DNA of 64,000 nt, from NCBI GenBank assembly GCA_963797095.1, contig CAWCNY010000005.1:681507-745506 (forward strand), read 5' to 3'. The DNA comes from an uncultured Chloroflexia bacterium (GTDB taxonomy: Bacteria > Chloroflexota > Chloroflexia > QHBQ01 > JADMIH01). Within the stretch, counting starts at the first letter, position 1. Every line of letters begins with the position of its first letter. A program made the translations under genes and the position numbers. The notes beneath the pieces are model-generated. The model made no database searches and was not told the origin of the DNA. It was given only the letters and a program-made list of their open reading frames with translations. Shown here piece by piece: positions 19,714 through 29,767 of this stretch.

Positions 19714-20172
19714 ATGAAGAGGTGCTCGCGTTGTAAGGAGGAGAAGGACGAGGGGGAGTTCCAGCGTAACCGCTCTTCCAGGGATGGTTTGCAGGACCAA
19801 TGTAAGGCCTGCCGGAGGGAGACCGACCGGCGGACCTATGCGAAGCAGTCGGAGGAGCAGAAGGCACGGTATAGGGAAGCAAACTTGCGCACTATCGAGC
19901 GCAATCGGCGTTTGCTGTATGAGTACCTTCTTGGGCATCCCTGTGTTGATTGTGACGAAAGCGATCCTGTAGTTCTCGAGCTTGATCACATAGCAGAGAA
20001 GAAGGGTAATATAGCCAACTTGATTCGTTCTGGGCGAGGTTGGCAATCGATCTATCGCGAGATCCAGAAGTGCGAAGTCAGATGCGCCAATTGCCACAGG
20101 AAAATCACAGCGAGGCGAAGCGGTACCTGCAAGAAATTGATCTGGAGCCTGGAAGAGAACAGGCCCACGTAG
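19714..20172 (+). CDS. HNH endonuclease with N-terminal Cys4 zinc finger
   Basis: KRCSRCKEEK...F...DGLQDQCKAC, then HPCVDC...VLELDH...CEVRCANCHRKIT; stop codon lies inside tRNA-Thr(GGT). Confidence 0.85.
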   Translation: MKRCSRCKEEKDEGEFQRNRSSRDGLQDQCKACRRETDRRTYAKQSEEQKARYREANLRTIERNRRLLYEYLLGHPCVDCDESDPVVLELDHIAEKKGNIANLIRSGRGWQSIYREIQKCEVRCANCHRKITARRSGTCKKLIWSLEENRPT

Positions 20173-20238
20173 CTCAGTTGGCAGAGCACGCCCTTGGTAA
20201 GGGCGAGGTCATCAGTTCGAATCTGATCGTGGGCTCCA
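20163..20238 (+). tRNA. tRNA-Thr(GGT)
   Basis: GCCCACG...CGCCC-TTGGTAA-GGGCG...CGTGGGC-TCCA. Confidence 0.97.
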
Positions 20239-20334
20239 GAATCAAAGCCTGGACTCCAAGTTTATTGGCAATCACCATATCAAAAGCCTGGCGGAAGATA
20301 GCGTCGGGCTAATTCAGCAGGAGGAAACAATACA

Positions 20335-21537
<1,203 letters not shown>

Positions 21538-21545
21538 GATAATTA

Positions 21546-21621
21546 GTATCGAGTACTGAGTACCGAGTACCGAGTGCTTTTGACGCTTGGTCCTCGGTAC
21601 TCAGCACCTGGTACTCGGAGT
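21546..21621. repeat. Inverted heptamer array (GAGTACT/GAGTACC)
   Basis: gagtactgagtaccgagtaccgag ... ctcggtactcagcac...ggtactc between tuf and rpmG. Confidence 0.85.
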
Positions 21622-21627
21622 AATTCA

Positions 21628-21792
21628 ATGGCAAAGAAAGCAGACCGCATCATCATCTACCTGGCCTGCACCGAGTGCAAGGAGCGAAATTATACAAGCT
21701 CCAAGAACAAGCGCAACGACCCTAACAGGTTGGAGTTGCAGAAGTTCTGTCCTCGCTGCCGCCAGCATAGATTGCATCGCGAGACGAAGTAA
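21628..21792 (+). CDS. rpmG: 50S ribosomal protein L33 (zinc-binding form)
   Basis: [16 protein letters not shown]...KNKRN...[20 protein letters not shown]. Confidence 0.98.
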   Translation: MAKKADRIIIYLACTECKERNYTSSKNKRNDPNRLELQKFCPRCRQHRLHRETK

Positions 21793-21847
21793 TCGCGAGT
21801 GACGAGTAGGGCCGGCCCCGCGTGGGTGGCTTGAAATAGGCATTATT

Positions 21848-21885
21848 GAAGCACAGGGATATAGACTTCCTGTGCTTCTTCATTT
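21848..21885 (+). terminator. Terminator after rpmG
   Basis: GAAGCACAGG / CCTGTGCTTC stem followed by T-rich tail. Confidence 0.65.
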
Positions 21886-22011
21886 AACTGTGGGCGTGTG
21901 TCAGTGCTATAATGTATGCCGCAGGTATTGGGATTGCGGTTGCGCCGCAGATGGTCGTAGTTGCAGGCTGTCTGGTCAACAGACAGCATTGCGTGGAAGG
22001 ACTTCTTTGTC

Positions 22012-23124
22012 ATGAGTGGTACCCCTGCTGCTATTGAATCCAGCAGGCTCGGGGGTGAGCTTATTGCGCGTCCCTACGAAGTTAGTTGGATCGACCGTTT
22101 TACTGACTCGATAGAGCGGTTGCCAGGCTCACGCTGGCTCTATTACCTCATCATCTGGCTGGTTCCGGTTGCTGCTATGGTACTGACCAAGTGGGCCGAT
22201 GGCACGTACTCTCCCCCTTATGTGAGCCCATTTCATGTCGCACTTGCTTCGGGCGCAGCATATATCGCGGCCAATATCGCTTTTTTGGACCATGTGGCCG
22301 GCAAAGCCCTGGCTACTTTCCGGCCAACGTCCACTCTGACCGAGGACCAGTACGAAGCCTTTGAATACCGCCTTACCACGCTCCCGGCCCGGCCTACTCT
22401 CCTTTGGACACTCGTCCCCCTGGTTCTGATCGTGGTGGGTATGGGCAGCGCAATTCTGTTCGATGGTTCCTTATTCTCTGCTGAAGTAGAAGTACTTGCT
22501 CTCTTCACGTCCCCTCTCAGCAGCGTGATAGATGGAGTGCTCTTTTTTGCCTGGATCCCATTATTAGGGGTCTGGTACTACCACACCTATCACCAGTTGA
22601 AAGTTGTTGACGAGCTTTACGTTGGATATACCAAGATCGACCTCTTCTATCTCAAGCCGCTCTATTCTTTCTCCAGGCTCACAGCATATACTGCCGTCAG
22701 TCTTCTCATCCCGACCTTCTGTGGTCCTGCCACCGTACCCAGTTACCTCGATGACCCTGTGTTCCTGGCAGACATCGCGGTGTTTGTAGGGGTCACGATA
22801 ATCGCAATCGCAATCTTCATCTGGCCGCTTCTCGGGATACACCGCCTGCTTGTCGAGGAGAAAGAGAAACTGCTGCTCTCTTCTGCCAAACGAATACAAT
22901 CTGCTATCTCCGAGTTCGACCGCCGTATTGATACAGGCGAGCTACAAGCTATGGATAAGATGAAAGCTACGCTGGACGGCCTGGTCACGAAGCAGAGTTT
23001 CATAGACCAGATTCCAACCTGGCCCTGGAGCACCGACACATCTCGCCTGGTCGCTACCGCAGTTGCGCTTCCTGTTTTCCTGTACGCCATCCAGCGCCTG
23101 ATAGAGATCATCTTCCGCACTTGA
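22012..23124 (+). CDS. Hypothetical multi-pass membrane protein
   Basis: Long ORF with about 7 hydrophobic segments and a TWPW motif; alternative TTG start at 21961. Confidence 0.75.
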   Translation: MSGTPAAIESSRLGGELIARPYEVSWIDRFTDSIERLPGSRWLYYLIIWLVPVAAMVLTKWADGTYSPPYVSPFHVALASGAAYIAANIAFLDHVAGKALATFRPTSTLTEDQYEAFEYRLTTLPARPTLLWTLVPLVLIVVGMGSAILFDGSLFSAEVEVLALFTSPLSSVIDGVLFFAWIPLLGVWYYHTYHQLKVVDELYVGYTKIDLFYLKPLYSFSRLTAYTAVSLLIPTFCGPATVPSYLDDPVFLADIAVFVGVTIIAIAIFIWPLLGIHRLLVEEKEKLLLSSAKRIQSAISEFDRRIDTGELQAMDKMKATLDGLVTKQSFIDQIPTWPWSTDTSRLVATAVALPVFLYAIQRLIEIIFRT

Positions 23125-23239
23125 CAAACAGGCCGAGTAAGCAATTCGGCCTTGGCTATTGCTTTCGTAGTGGTCATTCACCACCAGCCCCATGCACCCC
23201 CTACCGAGAAGGAATAGCCCCTGTATGAGCGTGTTTTGC

Positions 23240-23269
23240 TTGACACTCGTCGCCGATCTCCCGTATAAT
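23240..23269 (+). promoter_or_regulatory. Sigma-70 promoter of tRNA-Trp-secE-nusG
   Basis: TTGACA-N18-TATAAT. Confidence 0.8.
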
Positions 23270-23319
23270 GATAGACGCACGACCTCTATGAGGGGGTTAG
23301 CAAAGAGTTACCTGGACAT

Positions 23320-23392
23320 ACGGGCGTGGCGCAATTGGCAGCGCAGGGATCTCCAAAGTCCAAGGTTGTAGGTTCGAGTCCTACCGCCCGTG
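23320..23392 (+). tRNA. tRNA-Trp(CCA), CCA end not encoded
   Basis: ACGGGCG...GGGAT-CTCCAAA-GTCCA...GTAGG-TTCGAGT-CCTAC-CGCCCGT-G; canonical position before secE. Confidence 0.95.
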
Positions 23393-23506
23393 CTACTTTC
23401 CAACTGCTAATTACGCATTTTGAACTATGAACCATGAGTTGGCACGTGCTGTGCTCATGTTTGAAGTCAGAGTCATATTTCGTTTGAGAAGGCAAAGGGA
23501 AACAAG

Positions 23507-23791
23507 ATGGCAATGCTAGGCCGCAAAGAACCGGCGACACAACAAACACAAGCGCCAGCGCCGCGCAAGGATAGCCGCACGGCGGCCAGCGCTAATGAGA
23601 AGCCAGGACGGTTGGCGAAGCTGCAAGAGCAGCTACGCAATATCCGCTCGGAGCTTCAAAAGGTGACGTGGCCTACGCGGGATGAGACGCGCAATCTTAC
23701 GGTTGTGGTGCTCGGCCTGACGGGGGCCGTGGGAATAAGCCTCTACTTTCTGGATACATTATTGAGCTGGCTATACAGGCTGGCACGCTAA
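23507..23791 (+). CDS. secE: Preprotein translocase subunit SecE
   Basis: SELQKVTWPTRDE plus one TM helix; synteny. Confidence 0.95.
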   Translation: MAMLGRKEPATQQTQAPAPRKDSRTAASANEKPGRLAKLQEQLRNIRSELQKVTWPTRDETRNLTVVVLGLTGAVGISLYFLDTLLSWLYRLAR

Positions 23792-23793
23792 AG

Positions 23794-24390
23794 ATGCCAG
23801 GACAAACTGACATGATGGATACAGCTAACAACGCTGACAACACCAATATGGACGGGTCGGACGGGCGGTTGTGGTACATAATCCACACCTACTCCGGCTA
23901 TGAGAACAAGGTCAAGAAGAACCTTGAGCACCGCATCCTGACCCTCGATATGAGCGAGCGGATCTTCCGAGTGGAAGTGCCGACCGTGGAAGAGATCGAG
24001 ATCAAGGGCGGGCAAAGACATACTGTGCCGCGCAAGATCTTCCCCGGCTACGTGCTGGTGGAGATGATCATGGACGAGAGGTCGTGGCACGTGGTGCGGA
24101 ATACGCCGGGCGTGACCGGGTTCGTTGGCATAGGGAACAAGCCGACACCCCTGCCCAAGGAGGAGGCCGACACCATCCTGAAGCAGATGCAGACGGCAGC
24201 CCCTACCAAGTTCAAGGTAACGCTCCAGCCCGGAATGGCTGTCAAGATCATCGATGGCCCGTTCGAGGGCTTCGAGGGGATCGTGGAGAGCGTGAACCAG
24301 GAAAAGGGCAAGGTGAGGGTCCGCGTATCGTTCTTCGGGCGTGAGACGCCGGTTGAGCTTGATTTCTTGCAGGTTGAAAGGCTCGTTTAG
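23794..24390 (+). CDS. nusG: Transcription termination/antitermination factor NusG
   Basis: WYIIHTYSGYENKV, FPGYVLVEM, TPGVTGFVG, KOW motif IIDGPF, FGRETPVEL. Confidence 0.99.
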   Translation: MPGQTDMMDTANNADNTNMDGSDGRLWYIIHTYSGYENKVKKNLEHRILTLDMSERIFRVEVPTVEEIEIKGGQRHTVPRKIFPGYVLVEMIMDERSWHVVRNTPGVTGFVGIGNKPTPLPKEEADTILKQMQTAAPTKFKVTLQPGMAVKIIDGPFEGFEGIVESVNQEKGKVRVRVSFFGRETPVELDFLQVERLV

Positions 24391-24421
24391 CCTCTACCAG
24401 CAGACAAATGAAGATTTCCAT

Positions 24422-24459
24422 GAGCACTTGAGTCGTTTTCGATAACAGGTGCTCTTTTT
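24422..24459 (+). terminator. Terminator after nusG
   Basis: GAGCACTTG...CAGGTGCTC-TTTTT. Confidence 0.65.
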
Positions 24460-24472
24460 GTTGAGGGAAGCA

Positions 24473-25552
24473 ATGAGTGGTTCGGAACAGGTCCTATATG
24501 CAGGCAGCAACGCTTCGGCGAAACAGCCGGGCATCTTTGAATTCAGTTTCGATAGCACAACAGGGGAATTGAGAGAACGAAGCTCAATAGCGGGCATTGA
24601 GAATCCGTCATATCTTGTGCTGCACCCGAAGGGGCCATGGATGTACGCCGTGAGTGAAACAGATAGCGCAAACGGAATGGCAGGGTCAGTGTGGGCGTTC
24701 AATATCAGCGAGCAACATTCGCAGATGGGACCGGTAAATAAGCAGCCGAGTGGGGGCGATTCCCCCTGCCACCTGGCGATTGACGGCACAGGGCGATGGC
24801 TTGTGGTGTCGAATTATGGGAGTGGAAGCGTGGGTGTGCTCCAGATTCTGTCTGATGGGTCGCTGGGGAAGACGAGCGATTTTGCGCAGCACCAGGGCAG
24901 CGGCCCAAACCCGGAAAGGCAGGAGGGGCCGCACGCGCACTCGGCGATCTTCAGCCCGGATAACCGGTTCCTGATCGTGGCCGACCTGGGTATCGATGCG
25001 CTGATGGTCTACAGGTTCGACGCGGAAAGCGGCAAGATAAGCCCGCACGAGCAGGCCAGGACGCGGCCAGGGGTGGGGCCGCGCCATATGGCATGGCACC
25101 CTGAAAAGCCATTGCTCTATGTAGCCAACGAACTCGAAAGCTCGATAGCAGTTTATGAGTATGAGCGGGCAGAAGGCCACCTTCGTGAGGTGCAGGTGGC
25201 CTCGACGTTACCTGATGGAGCGCCCGAAAACCTGGTCGCGGATATCCATGTCGATCCGGCGGGGAATCGTGTATATGTGTCGAACAGGGGACACAACAGC
25301 ATTGCTGTGTTTGACATTCAGGCGGATGGGACGCTGAACCGGATCGCTATCTCGCCGTGCGGCGGCAACTGGCCGCGCGCATTCGCGCTCGCGCCGGGAG
25401 GGCGTTTTATGGTGGCAGCCAACGAGCGCAGCGGGCAGGTAGCGGTGCTTCCTATTCAGGCCGAAACCGGGGCGATTGGCGCAGCGGTAGCGGTGGTCAA
25501 CGTGCCGCAAGCATCGATTGTGCAGTTTCGTGAGGTGGTAAACCGCGAATAA
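24473..25552 (+). CDS. pgl: 6-phosphogluconolactonase / lactonase-family beta-propeller
   Basis: NPSYL, SPCHL, SNYGSG, RQEGPHAH, DLGID, GPRH, SNRGHNSI, GNWPR. Confidence 0.88.
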   Translation: MSGSEQVLYAGSNASAKQPGIFEFSFDSTTGELRERSSIAGIENPSYLVLHPKGPWMYAVSETDSANGMAGSVWAFNISEQHSQMGPVNKQPSGGDSPCHLAIDGTGRWLVVSNYGSGSVGVLQILSDGSLGKTSDFAQHQGSGPNPERQEGPHAHSAIFSPDNRFLIVADLGIDALMVYRFDAESGKISPHEQARTRPGVGPRHMAWHPEKPLLYVANELESSIAVYEYERAEGHLREVQVASTLPDGAPENLVADIHVDPAGNRVYVSNRGHNSIAVFDIQADGTLNRIAISPCGGNWPRAFALAPGGRFMVAANERSGQVAVLPIQAETGAIGAAVAVVNVPQASIVQFREVVNRE

Positions 25553-25601
25553 TAGTGGTATAATAGCGTGTTGCCATCGAGCAACGCACAATTAAAGAAG
25601 C

Positions 25602-25712
25602 GAGGGAGGGGTTCTCTGGAAGAATCCCGCCAACTACCTCAAACTCCATGAGTGGGAACGGCTGCTTTGATGCAGCTGACTGGGTTTGAGGATGAGTCCT
25701 CAAGCCTTTTTT
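25602..25712 (+). promoter_or_regulatory. rplK-rplA leader with alternative hairpins and intrinsic terminator (putative L1-responsive attenuator)
   Basis: Extended -10 TGGTATAAT at 25556-64; hairpin 25602-25640; terminator GGTTTGAGGA-TGAG-TCCTCAAGCC-TTTTTT. Confidence 0.6.
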
Positions 25713-25738
25713 GTTTGGGAAAGCAAAAGGAGAAAGCT

Positions 25739-26164
25739 TTGGCTAAGAAAGTACGCGCAATAGTGAAAATACAGATCAATGCCGGTAAAGCCACGCCTGC
25801 GCCCCCGGTTGGCCCGGCGCTCGGCTCGCACGGTATCAATATCATGCAGTTCGTGAAGGAGTACAACGAAAAGACCGCCGATATGGCCGGTATGGTGATC
25901 CCGGCGGAGATCACCATCTTCGAGGATCGCTCGTTTACCTTCATCACGAAGACGCCCCCCGCCGCCGACCTGCTCAAGAGGGCAGCGGGAGTGCCAGCAG
26001 GTTCGGGCACGCCAAATAAGAGCAAGGTAGGCAGCGTGAGCAGGGACCAGGTGCGCGATATCGCCCGCACCAAGATGAAGGACCTGAACGCCTACGACGA
26101 AGACGCGGCTATCAAGATGATCGAAGGCACTGCCCGCAGCATGGGCATTGAGGTTAGAGGGTAA
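25739..26164 (+). CDS. rplK: 50S ribosomal protein L11 (TTG start)
   Basis: [37 protein letters not shown]; AAGGAG RBS. Confidence 0.99.
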   Translation: MAKKVRAIVKIQINAGKATPAPPVGPALGSHGINIMQFVKEYNEKTADMAGMVIPAEITIFEDRSFTFITKTPPAADLLKRAAGVPAGSGTPNKSKVGSVSRDQVRDIARTKMKDLNAYDEDAAIKMIEGTARSMGIEVRG

Positions 26165-26178
26165 AGGAGGAAAAGAAG

Positions 26179-26913
26179 ATGCCCAAGCATGGGAAGAAAT
26201 ATAACGCAGCGGTTGCGCTGGTGGACGACGATTCGAATTACAGGCCAAATGAGGCCGTTGATCTGTTGAAGAAGACATCTTATGTGACCTTCGATCCTAC
26301 GATTGAAGTGCATATGAAGCTGGGGATCGACCCGCGCCACGCTGACCAGCAGGTGCGCGCTATGGCGAGTTTGCCGAATGGGACGGGCAAGGCTGTGCGC
26401 GTGCTGGTGTTCGCCGAGGGCGAAGGAGAGAGGATCGCGCTGGAGGCTGGGGCCGATTACGCTGGTAGCGACGAGTTGATCAACCGCATCAACAGCGGGT
26501 GGGTCGATTTCGATGTGGCTATCGCAGTGGCCGACCAGATGGGCAAGATCGGCAAGGCCGGTCTTGGTAAGGTGCTTGGGCGCAGGGGCCTCATGCCGAA
26601 CCCCAAGAGCGGCACGATCGTGGCTAACCCGGCGGATTTGCCTCGCGTGATCCAAGAATCAAAGGGCGGCAGGGTGGAGTTCCGCAACGACAAGACTGGG
26701 CTGCTGCATGTCGGCATCGGTAAGCTGTCGTTCAGTGAGGGCCAGATCATGGAGAACCTGCTGTCATTCATCGACGCTGTTGTGAGGGCCAAGCCAACGG
26801 GCGCTAAAGGCACCTATGTGAAGTCGATCACCCTCACAAGCACGATGGGCCCCGGCATCCACATGGACGTGACGCAGACACTGGCCGAGGCGTCGGGAGC
26901 GCAGAAGGAATAG
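26179..26913 (+). CDS. rplA: 50S ribosomal protein L1
   Basis: LGIDPRHADQQVR, LPNGTGK, GLMPNPKSGT, STMGPG. Confidence 0.99.
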   Translation: MPKHGKKYNAAVALVDDDSNYRPNEAVDLLKKTSYVTFDPTIEVHMKLGIDPRHADQQVRAMASLPNGTGKAVRVLVFAEGEGERIALEAGADYAGSDELINRINSGWVDFDVAIAVADQMGKIGKAGLGKVLGRRGLMPNPKSGTIVANPADLPRVIQESKGGRVEFRNDKTGLLHVGIGKLSFSEGQIMENLLSFIDAVVRAKPTGAKGTYVKSITLTSTMGPGIHMDVTQTLAEASGAQKE

Positions 26914-27098
26914 GCTGTACGCGGCGTAGTGCATACTTCGTACTGCGTACTCCTTGTCTTGAGTGCGGGTTATTGGTTGTTGTTTAGCGCGTAGCGCATA
27001 TTGTATAATGCGGATAGACGGCCTGACAGGTGTATGTTAGGCCGTTTATTCTATGATGGCACGAGCCTGGATAATGACCGGCTGCGAGGGTACGTGTC

Positions 27099-28628
27099 AT
27101 GACGGCAGGCGCTAAAGCCGAAGTCGAAAACCCAGAGAGTTATGCTAGCCGGGTCCCTAGTGGCCTGAGGTCTTTACTTGTCCCCTCCAGGCTTATTTGG
27201 CTGGCGCTACTAGGCGGGGGGTTGCTACGGTTCTATAGATTCGATGCCCTGAGCCTGTGGGTAGACGAAGGTTGGGTCGTAGGGATTACGAGACAGCCGT
27301 GGGACGTGGTGCTTGGGCTACACGGGGCTTACGATAACCATCCACCGCTCTATTTCGCGCTCGCGAAGTTGATGGGGCTTATCGCGCCGGAGGTGACGGC
27401 GGGGCGGCTGGTGAGTGTGGTGGCGGGTACGCTTACTTTGCCGGTAATGTATGGGCTTGCCCGCAGGATGATCGGCGAGTGGGGCGGGCTGCTGGCTACG
27501 CTGGTAGTGGCGCTGTCGCCGCTGCACATCTGGTACTCGCAGGAGGCACGTCCATACGCCCTGACCGTACTGGCGGTAAGCGCTACATACCTTGCGGTGG
27601 CGGGCTTCCGCGAATCGCGCGGTTGGGGGTGGGCCTGGTTGTATGGGGCTGCGATAGCGGTCGGACTGTATTCCAGTTACAGCGCGATATATGCGCTTGT
27701 GCCGCAGGGGGCGCTGCTAATTTACCTGTCGGTAGTATATGGCAAGCAGGTGTGGCGGTTATGGCTGGCGGGGGTTGCAGGAGTGATAGCATTCTTGCCC
27801 TGGGTGCCGCAGTTGGTCGGCACTTTGGGCAACCTGGGAGATCGGAGCTATCTGGAAGTAAGCCCCGACAGGATTGGAAACACCCTGCTATCGATCACGG
27901 GGATTGGAGGTGAGGGGAGTTATTTCTGGGGGAGGTCTCCCACGGCATGGGACCGCTGGCCTGAGTTGCAGGTCATCATGGTTGTGGGACTGGTAGTGGT
28001 GTGTGTGGCGGGGCTTGCGGCGCTGTGGAAGCGCGGGTTATTTAGCTTGCTGTGCGGGATATGTCTCTTTGCGGGGACTGTAGTTGTGTGTGCCGGTTTG
28101 AGCATAGCCAGCCCAGGTTATGCAGAGCGCACACTGGTCAGCGCGACACTGGGGTGGGCGTTGATAGTGGGAGCCATCCCATTTGCGACGGTGGCACGTG
28201 GAGCGCGTGGATTGAAGTGGGCAGGCATTTCGGCGCTGGTAGTGGCGATGTTTCTCTCGCTGGCGTCGCTGTGGGCTATTTACAGAGGGGGCGATAAGCA
28301 GCACTGGCGCGAGTTTGCAAATGATGCCAGAGAGGTGGGGAAATCGGGAGAATTGGAGATACTGTATCCCGACATTACAGGCGTGCTGTTCGATGTATAT
28401 GAGCCGCACGCGTTCGACCAGGCTATGGTGATCTCCGACCTGGGAAGCCTGCCTGATAGCGTGCGGCCTGAGGCGGGGGCCGGATCGCTATGGCTGGCTT
28501 ATGTTGAAACGGCAGGGATTGAGAACATACAGGAGCAATTGGCAGAGCGCGGCTATACGCGGGTGGAACACAAGTATTACTGGAACCCCATGTGGTTGGA
28601 CCATTACGAGGGTGTTGGCGGCCAATAA
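27099..28628 (+). CDS. GT-C glycosyltransferase (PMT_2 / GT39-like)
   Basis: SLWVDEG, NHPPLY, YSQEARPYAL; many TM helices. Confidence 0.85.
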   Translation: MTAGAKAEVENPESYASRVPSGLRSLLVPSRLIWLALLGGGLLRFYRFDALSLWVDEGWVVGITRQPWDVVLGLHGAYDNHPPLYFALAKLMGLIAPEVTAGRLVSVVAGTLTLPVMYGLARRMIGEWGGLLATLVVALSPLHIWYSQEARPYALTVLAVSATYLAVAGFRESRGWGWAWLYGAAIAVGLYSSYSAIYALVPQGALLIYLSVVYGKQVWRLWLAGVAGVIAFLPWVPQLVGTLGNLGDRSYLEVSPDRIGNTLLSITGIGGEGSYFWGRSPTAWDRWPELQVIMVVGLVVVCVAGLAALWKRGLFSLLCGICLFAGTVVVCAGLSIASPGYAERTLVSATLGWALIVGAIPFATVARGARGLKWAGISALVVAMFLSLASLWAIYRGGDKQHWREFANDAREVGKSGELEILYPDITGVLFDVYEPHAFDQAMVISDLGSLPDSVRPEAGAGSLWLAYVETAGIENIQEQLAERGYTRVEHKYYWNPMWLDHYEGVGGQ

Positions 28629-28838
28629 GAGGGCAGCAGCGGGCACCAAAAGTGTCATCCACACACAGTACCTATTGGTATGGATCGATCACTCACCTGG
28701 TGGGTGCCGGTGTGGTATCATAATCAGCAGGCAGGGGCGATGTCTCGACCTGCATAAAACCTATTGGACTTCCGTTCGTATATAGGTGAGGGAAACCGCG
28801 AGAGTAGAGCGCATGATAGGAATGGGAACACAAGGGGC

Positions 28839-29744
28839 ATGATGAGGGCCGCCCGGGAAACAACGGTAAGCACGACCGCCACGCGCACGCGAGGGCGGTA
28901 TTGCAATATGTGCGGCACAAGGCTTGCGCGCGGAAGCGGGCTTGCGCTCTTCCCGAGCAGGCACAGCATCGAATGGCACGATTCGAGCGACGATGCCAAC
29001 GACGCGGGTCGAGCAACCACCTGGTCCTTATGTGAGGAATGTTACGCCGACAGATTGAAATGTGCTTCATGCGGCTTGCAGGTGGGCACGCAGGCTTTCA
29101 TGCTCGAGGGCGAGACAAGGATCTATTGCAAGCATTGTTTCGAGGAAAGGCCGAGGTGTGATACCTGCGGCGCGCCCGTAGGTGCACATTACTGGAACCG
29201 CACCGATGGCAGGAAGCTATGTGACAGGTGCCAATCGACGGTCGTCTCGGATAAGAAGCAGGCCGAAGGGCTGTATGACGGCGTGCGCACTGCGCTTATG
29301 CGCATGCTGGGGGTGACCCTGAAGAAGCCGTGCGGGTTGCAGCTTGTGAGCCGCAGCCAGTTGTTGGGGCTGATCGCGAAGTCTTCGCTTTACAGCCTGG
29401 ACGCTGAGAGCAAAGACAGATGCTTCGGTCTGTTCATCAGGGAAGGCAGGCACAGGGCGATTTTTGTGGAGTATGCGCTGCCCCAGATCGTGTTGCTAGA
29501 AGTGATGGCACATGAGTACGCCCACGCCTGGCAGAATGAGCAGTGCCAGCACGAGCTTGATCCTGAGATGCAGGAAGGGTTCGCCGAGTGGATTACCTAT
29601 AAGCTGCTCCAGGGGTGGAACTGCAAGAAACGCATGGAGCGAATGCTGAGGCGCGATGATATTTACGGTCGTGGCTTGAAAAAAATGCTACAATGGGAGG
29701 CCGAAGGGGGTATAGCCAAAGTATTCAGGCAAGTGCAGGGATAA
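28839..29744 (+). CDS. DA1-like protein: LIM-like zinc fingers plus HEXXH metallopeptidase
   Basis: Six CxxC pairs followed by AHEYAHAW...QEGFAEW...DIYGRG, resembling the DA1/DUF3633 peptidase; start placed after AAGGGG. Confidence 0.8.
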   Translation: MMRAARETTVSTTATRTRGRYCNMCGTRLARGSGLALFPSRHSIEWHDSSDDANDAGRATTWSLCEECYADRLKCASCGLQVGTQAFMLEGETRIYCKHCFEERPRCDTCGAPVGAHYWNRTDGRKLCDRCQSTVVSDKKQAEGLYDGVRTALMRMLGVTLKKPCGLQLVSRSQLLGLIAKSSLYSLDAESKDRCFGLFIREGRHRAIFVEYALPQIVLLEVMAHEYAHAWQNEQCQHELDPEMQEGFAEWITYKLLQGWNCKKRMERMLRRDDIYGRGLKKMLQWEAEGGIAKVFRQVQG

Positions 29745-29767
29745 GTTCCAGGTTCGGAGGACGGAGC

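Noticed and set aside
19612-20162. Group I intron or split tRNA-Gly around the HNH ORF
   Set aside because: No tRNA halves are visible and too little non-coding sequence remains for a ribozyme core.
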